64,000 bases of DNA, from positions 12,759 to 76,758 of IMG/VR virus record IMGVR_UViG_3300023174_000140; one strand, 5' to 3'. The notes under the pieces are model-generated. The model made no database searches. It saw nothing but the letters and a program-made list of their open reading frames with translations, and was not told the origin of the DNA. The position numbers and the translations under genes were made by a program. Position 1 is the first letter of the stretch. Each line of letters opens with the position of its first letter. The DNA comes from a virus. Positions 17,627 through 24,590 of the stretch are shown here, piece by piece.

Positions 17627-18000
17627 AACTTGTAAAACTTGTGGTTGTGTATTGTAGCCACTAGCCTTGCATTCCTAGACCACCTAGGAGCTACGCTAAT
17701 GGCGTGGTAATGGTTCGCACCCCTTACGATATCGGGCATCTGCTGATGAATCACAAGGTCTGCGAGGTAGAGAGCGTTCTTACCTTGTGGTGTTGATAGT
17801 AGTTTCTTTTTGGTAGCTTCACTTACTCCACCATTCCAGAAGCTAAACTGCTTTGGTGATAAGCATACTTCTTTAGCAGATTGATGACGCTCTATCATCC
17901 TTGTTTGGATAACGCTAGCTACACCAGCCATACCTTCCATACCTTCACCCCTAGCTTCACCCAAGAGCGTTAATGCTACAATGAATAGTTCTGCTGTCAT
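17623..18000 (-). CDS. SleB/Hydrolase_2 family cell wall hydrolase
   Basis: EARGEG..GM.GVA.VI..R...QFSFWN...GANHYHA....P.W......I.NH.FY. Confidence 0.85.
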   Translation of the reverse strand: MTAELFIVALTLLGEARGEGMEGMAGVASVIQTRMIERHQSAKEVCLSPKQFSFWNGGVSEATKKKLLSTPQGKNALYLADLVIHQQMPDIVRGANHYHAISVAPRWSRNARLVATIHNHKFYKL

Positions 18001-18004
18001 AGGA

Positions 18005-18424
18005 TTAGTCCCTTCCGTTGCTTACTGCACCGCAGTAGTCAGAAGGTTTCTCTGCACTGATAGTTCCAAGGCTGTATCCCTCGGAGCTACTCGCACCCCA
18101 TAGGAAACAGGTTTGCCCCATAGCATCCACGATGCTCTGTGCTTTTGCCTTGGCAAGGTCAAGCAATCCACCCTTACGCCCCTTGGCGTTAATCTTATTC
18201 ACGAGAGAGTGAAGAGCGACCTTGGTAAGAGCGTGCATCACATCATCGGGATGAGCGTAGAAGTAGAACGCTTTGCCGTTGCCCATATCGTGCAACTTGC
18301 CGTTAGTTCCTTCCCAATTATATATAGAATTGAAGAAGTGATTAATTTGTTTTATGTTTCCTTCGAGGAGGTAAGCATTGTTTTCGCCGAAGGTTTGGTA
18401 ACTGATTTTTAGGTTTTGTTTCAT
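18005..18424 (-). CDS. hypothetical protein, paralog of 11121..11507
   Basis: Probable start MKQNLK directly after TTGACG..CAATAT; shared motifs with the paralog. Confidence 0.7.
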   Translation of the reverse strand: MKQNLKISYQTFGENNAYLLEGNIKQINHFFNSIYNWEGTNGKLHDMGNGKAFYFYAHPDDVMHALTKVALHSLVNKINAKGRKGGLLDLAKAKAQSIVDAMGQTCFLWGASSSEGYSLGTISAEKPSDYCGAVSNGRD

Positions 18425-18540
18425 AGGTTGTATATTGCCTTTCTGTTTATGTTTCGTCAAGTATTATTTTGCTGTTACCATACCATAGATGCCCACGAGG
18501 ATGCTTCCAATGGTAAGGGTGAAGATGAGGGTGTCGATAT

Positions 18541-18690
18541 TCATTTAGTCATCGCTTCCTGATGGATAGCTTCCACCTTTTGAGCGTGAGCGTCAAGGGT
18601 TGCGATGGCCTTTGTAGAGGCATCCTTAAGGTCTTGGCTAGCCTTGTTGAGGTTGGCAATCAGTTGTTCGTATTTGCTTAATTTCTTCAT
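18541..18690 (-). CDS. small coiled-coil protein (49 aa, not in ORF track)
   Basis: MKKLSKYEQLIANLNKASQDLKDASTKAIATLDAHAQKVEAIHQEAMTK; upstream promoter and half-site resemble those of 17502. Confidence 0.7.
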   Translation of the reverse strand: MKKLSKYEQLIANLNKASQDLKDASTKAIATLDAHAQKVEAIHQEAMTK

Positions 18691-19166
18691 ATAGGTAATC
18701 TATCACAGAATAGATTTTCTGCAACATATTTCTTCATTTAAATTTCATTGATAGTCAACAAGATACGCATGGACATACCCCTACCCCCTATTTTATATTC
18801 TTAATTTCTTAAACATAAAGGATGGCTGGCTTCATTGTGGTTTTGATTTCGCATATGGGTACCCTATTTTTGAAAAGATGGATTGATTTTAATTTTGAAT
18901 TAATGCGCGGGGGTACTATCTTCAATCTCCACACTATTTATAACTATTACTTATTTATACCTTATCTATATATACCCCTACCCCTTTTCTTAAAATCTAT
19001 TAAAATTCAAACCAATACAATAACCTTAAAGGTCAAAAATTCCGCTGGGCTATTTTTATTATAAAGTGTTTTTAATATATAGTTATTTTGGAACTATAAT
19101 ATCTTTGCCTTCTACTTTGCGTCCATTAAATGTGTGTGATTTGCCGCTAGCCATATATACTCTATA

Positions 19167-19184
19167 TTACACAATATAGTGTAA
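19167..19184. promoter_or_regulatory. divergent pair of GTGTAA putative late promoters
   Basis: TTACAC (19167) and GTGTAA (19179), each followed by an ATG on its own strand. Confidence 0.6.
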
Positions 19185-19194
19185 ATATAAGCAT

Positions 19195-19419
19195 ATGAAA
19201 ATCAATTTAAAACTAATATCATTAATAACTATCCTTGGTACTTTATTCTACTTCTTAGGTCATAAAAATAAAAACAATAGTTCAATCGAACAAATAGAAC
19301 AAGTAACAATAGTTGATAAAAAAACAAATAGCGCAAATTTATCATCGCCCAAGGTTTATATTTCTGTTCCGCCAGCCCAAAATGGTTTAGGCATAGGAAA
19401 TAATTGGAAAAGCAAATGA
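19195..19419 (+). CDS. small membrane-anchored protein
   Basis: N-terminal TM; GTGTAA upstream. Confidence 0.55.
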   Translation: MKINLKLISLITILGTLFYFLGHKNKNNSSIEQIEQVTIVDKKTNSANLSSPKVYISVPPAQNGLGIGNNWKSK

Positions 19420-19892
19420 TTATTCAAAATAAAGAATTAGTAACTCCATTTATCAATAACAATAATATAATCCCTAAGAATTTTGTTATATCTGATACTG
19501 ATTACTTTTGTCCTACATTAGATATGGTAAATATGGAGTTATTTCCTAAATATTGGACATGGCTTCAATCATTAAAATTAACAAGATGGATGCATAAATG
19601 GGATTGTGATAATTTTGCAGATGCTTTTAAATTATTTTGTTGTGGATATTATGAACAAGTTATTGAGAGTACTGCAAATGGAATAGCAGTAGGAGTTATT
19701 AACTATAAAGCTAATAGTAAAGCAGAAAATGGATTACAAGGTGGTCATGCTATTAATATAGTTTATATAGATAATGGCAAAAATGATGATGGATCAAATA
19801 ATTTTTATCCAATTTTTGTTGAACCTCAAAATGGAAAGATATATAGATTAAGTCAAGAAGAGTTTAATAGCATTTGGACAGTTTATATATAA
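19416..19892 (+). CDS. papain/transglutaminase-like cysteine protease-fold protein
   Basis: WDCDNFA...GHAINI...VEPQNG (Cys-His-Glu). Confidence 0.7.
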   Translation: MIIQNKELVTPFINNNNIIPKNFVISDTDYFCPTLDMVNMELFPKYWTWLQSLKLTRWMHKWDCDNFADAFKLFCCGYYEQVIESTANGIAVGVINYKANSKAENGLQGGHAINIVYIDNGKNDDGSNNFYPIFVEPQNGKIYRLSQEEFNSIWTVYI

Positions 19893-19911
19893 TATAGTGT
19901 AATTGTCACCG

Positions 19912-20556
19912 ATGGCTTATCTTAACGTAAATGTTCCTCCACTCGAATGTTATGTTCGAGGAAACTATTTAAGAAATCAAGAGGATAGTTTTGATAAGTA
20001 TTATCCTTGCCTCGTCTTTGGTGCGACAAGTCTTCCTAGTCAAGTTCCTCTTTTTAATTTTCTTATGGAAGATGGAGGGATTTGGTGGCATGCTCCTATT
20101 AGCGCATTTTGTAGTAAACCAAATACAGAAGCAATAGATTTACATGAATTAGAATTATGGGATAGTTTTAGTTATCATATAGCAGTAACCAAGTTCTCAG
20201 TACTTCAAAATAAAAAAATGAAATATACTGGTCGATCTGGTAAAGAATATATGGGTCGTTATCTTTTTACATTAGATTGGGCTCATAGTGATTATAACGA
20301 ACTTAATTTTGGAGTTAGCGAACATCCAGATCAACACAAAGCTGGTCATGTAATTCAATTAGATAATGGAAATTTTGCTATTCAACCAAACAATAGAATA
20401 AAAGTTTTTGATCCAAGCTTCGCAACAAAACCAAATGAAGTATTGTTGCATAGAAAAGTAAATAGTCATATCTACACTGTAGAAAACAGCCCTAAGTGGG
20501 TCGCAGAAGATAGTGATAGTTATGAATATAAAATAGAGGAAATAAAAAGTGAATAA
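19912..20556 (+). CDS. conserved phage hypothetical protein
   Basis: YLN.N.P...YVR..YL...WD.FSY...YLFTLDW...GNFA.QPNNR; ATG 15 nt after GTGTAA. Confidence 0.75.
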   Translation: MAYLNVNVPPLECYVRGNYLRNQEDSFDKYYPCLVFGATSLPSQVPLFNFLMEDGGIWWHAPISAFCSKPNTEAIDLHELELWDSFSYHIAVTKFSVLQNKKMKYTGRSGKEYMGRYLFTLDWAHSDYNELNFGVSEHPDQHKAGHVIQLDNGNFAIQPNNRIKVFDPSFATKPNEVLLHRKVNSHIYTVENSPKWVAEDSDSYEYKIEEIKSE

Positions 20557-20830
20557 AACAATAAACATAACAGAAAGAAACATTTTTGAAGGAGAAAAAG
20601 CTAATCCTCAAAATTGTGCAATTGCCAGAGCAATCAAAAAGAACATGAAAGGTAAAGTTACTAGCATTGCAGTACTTCCTTCTCATGTTAATATGAGAAT
20701 TAAAAATAAAGAATATACTGCAGTTATGCCAAAAATTGGAGCAAACTTTATTAAAAGATTTGACGAGGGCCAAGCTGTTAATTCATTTTCTTTGAATTTA
20801 AAATTTAAAGAAGGTTATTCTTTAATCTAA
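20549..20830 (+). CDS. hypothetical protein
   Basis: CAIARAIK...FI..FD pattern. Confidence 0.6.
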   Translation: MNKTINITERNIFEGEKANPQNCAIARAIKKNMKGKVTSIAVLPSHVNMRIKNKEYTAVMPKIGANFIKRFDEGQAVNSFSLNLKFKEGYSLI

Positions 20831-20901
20831 TAAAATTTTAATTTTATTAAAATTAATTATAAATTAGTACAATAGGGGTGTAATTATTTACAGTAAGTAA
20901 G

Positions 20902-21630
20902 ATGTCTAAAAAAAATAAACAAAAAGAAGACAAGTCAACTCCAGTTCCTCAAAGAGATAAAATTGAAGGTTTCTTGAATATTCGCGAATTACAATGGACA
21001 GATAATCAAAAGAAGTTCATTCAATTACTTCAAGATAAGAATACTAAAATGGTATTTTGTAAAGGTCCAGCAGGAACAGCTAAAAGTTTACTTAGTGTAT
21101 ATGCAGCATTAAATGCCATAAATCAGAAAAAAATTGGAGAAATATTTTATATTCGTAATCCAGTAGAAAGTTCATCTCATAATCTTGGATTTTTAAAAGG
21201 CGATCTTCATAGCAAACTTGATCCATATCTTCAACCATTAATGGATAAACTTCACGAATTACTTCCTAAAAATCAAGTTGAAATGCTTTTAAAGCAAGAA
21301 CGAGTTAAGGGATTACCAGTAGGATTCTTAAGAGGACTTAGTATTAATGCCAGTTATATTATATGCGATGAAGCTCAAAATTTAAGTATTCATGATCTAC
21401 TTCTAATTACTACTAGAATGGGTAAATTTAGTAAATTAATATTAATTGGAGATATAAGACAAGCAGATATTAAGAATAGTGGATTCGATAAAATTTATAA
21501 TCTTTTTGATGATAAGAAAAGTAAAGACAAAGGGATATGTACATTTAAATTTGGACGAGAAGATATTATGAGAAATGATATATTAGCTTATATTATTGAG
21601 AAGTTTGAAGAGTTAGACAATAGTAGATAA
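20902..21630 (+). CDS. phoH: PhoH family ATPase
   Basis: GPAGTAKS Walker A-like, LGFLKGD, FLRG, DEAQN, TRMG..SK, GD..Q.D. Confidence 0.93.
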   Translation: MSKKNKQKEDKSTPVPQRDKIEGFLNIRELQWTDNQKKFIQLLQDKNTKMVFCKGPAGTAKSLLSVYAALNAINQKKIGEIFYIRNPVESSSHNLGFLKGDLHSKLDPYLQPLMDKLHELLPKNQVEMLLKQERVKGLPVGFLRGLSINASYIICDEAQNLSIHDLLLITTRMGKFSKLILIGDIRQADIKNSGFDKIYNLFDDKKSKDKGICTFKFGREDIMRNDILAYIIEKFEELDNSR

Positions 21631-21633
21631 AAG

Positions 21634-21640
21634 GTGTAAT
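21634..21640 (+). promoter_or_regulatory. representative GTGTAAT putative late promoter (about 20 copies from 19.2 to 63.6 kb)
   Basis: Motif starts at 19179, 19897, 20878, 21634, 21946, 27821, 28101, 29529, 35938, 37902, 39986, 40018, 42488, 43742, 47371, 52956, 54521, 55478, 56365, 63635. Confidence 0.75.
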
Positions 21641-21647
21641 AAACTAT

Positions 21648-21935
21648 ATGTCTGAATACTTCTTTAGAGATAGCGGATTTGAAGCTGAAGCGCTTGCAGC
21701 AAATATTACTGGGAATGGAGTTATTTTGAATTCGCCCTCAAATGGTAGTATATATTTACTTGGAGTTAGTTGTCATACAAATACAATTTTAAAAGAAAAT
21801 AATAATAATGGAAATGTATTATTAAACGTTGCTGCTGGAAACTATAATTTACCAGCAACAGTTAAAGTTGGTAATGGTGCAAACTTATACGTTACAGGTT
21901 CTGGTCCAGTATCAGTAATATACCATACAAATTAA
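21648..21935 (+). CDS. hypothetical virion-associated protein
   Basis: Beta-rich; GTGTAAT-N7-ATG. Confidence 0.6.
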   Translation: MSEYFFRDSGFEAEALAANITGNGVILNSPSNGSIYLLGVSCHTNTILKENNNNGNVLLNVAAGNYNLPATVKVGNGANLYVTGSGPVSVIYHTN

Positions 21936-21959
21936 TTAAAATAAAGTGTAATAATCTTT

Positions 21960-22553
21960 ATGCCAAATATTCGCGAACCAAATTTTAATAAAAATGTAAT
22001 TGAGGTTTATACAGAAGAACCAGGATTTACAGGATACAAAGGTTTAGAGTGGAATAAATTAGATAGCGTTGAAGATATTTTGAGACAAGGAGTTGTTGTT
22101 TCTGGATTTGATGTTAATCTTAACTCAACAAATTCAATACTAAGTGGTATAAATAATAAAATTTTTGTAACAGGCGATCCATATCCAGCTGGAGTACAAG
22201 GCAATATAGTATTTCAAGCAGATTTAAATCCTCAATTTGATGCAGTTATGATGTACCAAGCAGATGCAGGGGGAAATGGACAAGTAGTATTTATTAATTC
22301 ATTCGTAACACTACCAAATACAGGATATATTAAAAATCTAGTATTTATCAACGCTTCTAATTCTACAATAGAAGTTAAACAAGATAATACATTTAATTGG
22401 GGAATACCAATTCCAGCTAATACGACTTTAACATTTAATGGCATTACTGGTTTGCAACAACTTTCAGCTAGAAGATTTGATCAAGCAGCATGGCCTCCAT
22501 TGACTGGTTATTTTAGATGGGAAGCTTGGCGTAAAAATTCAATTTTAAATTAA
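21960..22553 (+). CDS. hypothetical virion-associated protein
   Basis: GTGTAAT-N7-ATG. Confidence 0.6.
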   Translation: MPNIREPNFNKNVIEVYTEEPGFTGYKGLEWNKLDSVEDILRQGVVVSGFDVNLNSTNSILSGINNKIFVTGDPYPAGVQGNIVFQADLNPQFDAVMMYQADAGGNGQVVFINSFVTLPNTGYIKNLVFINASNSTIEVKQDNTFNWGIPIPANTTLTFNGITGLQQLSARRFDQAAWPPLTGYFRWEAWRKNSILN

Positions 22554-22560
22554 TTATATA

Positions 22561-23685
22561 ATGAAAAAAATAGAAATTGATTTTAGTTCTAGTTTAGCCG
22601 AAAAGAAAAAAGGCAAAGCACCACTCAATAAACCATTTCGCCTTCCATCTGGAAGTAAAAAGAAATTTGGAGTTTACGTTAAGAACGATAAGGGTAATAT
22701 TGTTAAGGTTACTTTCGGTGACCCAAACATGTCGATTAAAAGAGACAATCCAGAAAGACGTAAAGCATATAGAGCTAGACATGGTTGCAGTAGTCCAGGC
22801 CCAAAATGGAAAGCTAATTACTGGAGCTGTAAAATGTGGAGTGCTAAACCAGTTAGTAAAATTACTGGTAGTGAAGAAGAAATTACTTTAGAAGCAGAAG
22901 TTCAAGGTAAAAATAAAGGACTTTGGTACAACATTCAACAAAAGAAAAAAAGAATGGGTAAAAATTATCGCCCAGCTAAACCAGGATCTCCAGATCGTCC
23001 AAGTCAAGAAGCACTTAAAAAAGCTCAAGCAGATGACTATACTAATCAAGATTATAATTGGGATGGACAAACAGAATTTGATCAAAATCAATTTATTCAA
23101 GAAGATCCAACTTTAAATGAAGTAGAAATAATGGATGACACTGACATGGAAGCTCTTGAAATGAGTGAAAGTCAATTATCAGCAATCGCAGATAAAGCAG
23201 AACAACTTCTTGAAGCAATGTCTAATCCAGAAGTTGCAGATGATATATTAGAACCTTGGATTCAAAATAAATTAGCAATTCTTGATGATTATATGGCTAC
23301 AATTTATGATTATATCATGTATCCATCAAAACAAGAACAAATGCAAGATCAACAAAATCCAAATTTAAATCAAAATCAAGCATATTCTATGTTTAATGTT
23401 GGAGATAAAGTTAGAAATATTAATGCTATGTGCAAGCATTATGGTAGCGAAGGCACAGTTAAAGAAATTCGCCAACTTCCAGAAGATATGGGTTATGCAG
23501 TTATATATGAATGCACAAACAATGGTTCAACTTGGAAAATGGGAGATATGCTAGGTAAAACAGAAATACAACTTCAAAAAATTAATGAAGCAAAATGGAG
23601 CAAACAATATAAAGATAGCATTAATTGCAATAATCCAAAAGGCTTTTCTCAAAAAGCACATTGTCAAAGTTTAAAAAAGAAATAA
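22561..23685 (+). CDS. multi-module phage protein (DUF6321-like N-domain plus small basic/Cys modules)
   Basis: KKF.VYVKN..G...KV.FGDPNM.IKRDNP.RRK..RARH.C...A.YWSC..W; GLWYNI; KWS..YK.SINCNNPKGFSQKAHC. Confidence 0.7.
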   Translation: MKKIEIDFSSSLAEKKKGKAPLNKPFRLPSGSKKKFGVYVKNDKGNIVKVTFGDPNMSIKRDNPERRKAYRARHGCSSPGPKWKANYWSCKMWSAKPVSKITGSEEEITLEAEVQGKNKGLWYNIQQKKKRMGKNYRPAKPGSPDRPSQEALKKAQADDYTNQDYNWDGQTEFDQNQFIQEDPTLNEVEIMDDTDMEALEMSESQLSAIADKAEQLLEAMSNPEVADDILEPWIQNKLAILDDYMATIYDYIMYPSKQEQMQDQQNPNLNQNQAYSMFNVGDKVRNINAMCKHYGSEGTVKEIRQLPEDMGYAVIYECTNNGSTWKMGDMLGKTEIQLQKINEAKWSKQYKDSINCNNPKGFSQKAHCQSLKKK

Positions 23686-23689
23686 TTTT

Positions 23690-24070
23690 ATGCCAAATGA
23701 AGGGCTTATCTTTCCAAAGTTAAACGAAAGACAAAAAGATCTTTATTTAAAGATAGTTACTAATCTACAAACCTATGGATATTTTGATAGAGGTATTGGT
23801 TCTAATGGAATTCAATATTTAAGTGCAGAACAAAATCCTTTCAAAGAGCAAAGTCTTGAATGTGAGTATTGTGCTTTTTATTACCTTGAAAGCGATAAGC
23901 CAAGATGTGAATTAATTCAAGGTGATATAGATAATGAAGGATGGTGCAAATTTTGGATAATTTCTGATGAAGATATAAAGAAAGAATCTCAAGCAGCTTT
24001 TAAGGTTCTAAATAAAAAGAATAAAACTTTTGAAGCGACATATAGATTGGATGATAAACAAATTAAATAA
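23690..24070 (+). CDS. HiPIP-like Cys4 domain protein
   Basis: CEYCAFY...CELIQGDI...GWCKFW. Confidence 0.6.
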   Translation: MPNEGLIFPKLNERQKDLYLKIVTNLQTYGYFDRGIGSNGIQYLSAEQNPFKEQSLECEYCAFYYLESDKPRCELIQGDIDNEGWCKFWIISDEDIKKESQAAFKVLNKKNKTFEATYRLDDKQIK

Positions 24071-24581
24071 ACTTTGTAACTGGAAATCGAAAACATTACT
24101 AGTTGGACTCATATTAATCGTATCTTGGATCGCTTGCTTAAAAATTGGTTTTGAACTTAAAAAACATTATTCAATAACAAATCTTCCAAATTCTTGCTTC
24201 ATTGATTCAATGATATATGCCTCTAGATGTAATCTTCTTTTAATAAGTAGTTCTGATACTTGGAATAGTGTTTATGGTTTTACATTTGGTTATAAAGATG
24301 ACAAAGAAGCTATACTTGGTCATGCAGTTTGCGTTTTTGAGTATAATAATAACTTATGGATGTACGATCCTAATTGGGGCACATCTCCTGTATGCAAAAT
24401 TGGAGATAGAAAAAGATACAAAGAAAAAATAAGATTGTATATAAACAAAACTTACCCTATAATAGTAATAGAGGATTTTATGTTAAATGATTGGACATAT
24501 GTTCAAAAAACAAAGAAAAATAAAATGAACAAAACTTATAAAGAGGTGTCTATACATTTAGATGAAGACAAAAAGGAGTAA
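24030..24581 (+). CDS. membrane-anchored transglutaminase/cysteine-protease-fold protein
   Basis: TM helix, NSCF...GHAVCVF...YDPNWG. Confidence 0.55.
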   Translation: MKRHIDWMINKLNKLCNWKSKTLLVGLILIVSWIACLKIGFELKKHYSITNLPNSCFIDSMIYASRCNLLLISSSDTWNSVYGFTFGYKDDKEAILGHAVCVFEYNNNLWMYDPNWGTSPVCKIGDRKRYKEKIRLYINKTYPIIVIEDFMLNDWTYVQKTKKNKMNKTYKEVSIHLDEDKKE

Positions 24582-24590
24582 ACTAATAAT

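Noticed and set aside
18822-19064. 80-aa ORF at the early/late boundary
   Set aside because: No promoter or SD; overlaps G/C-run repeats; likely non-coding.
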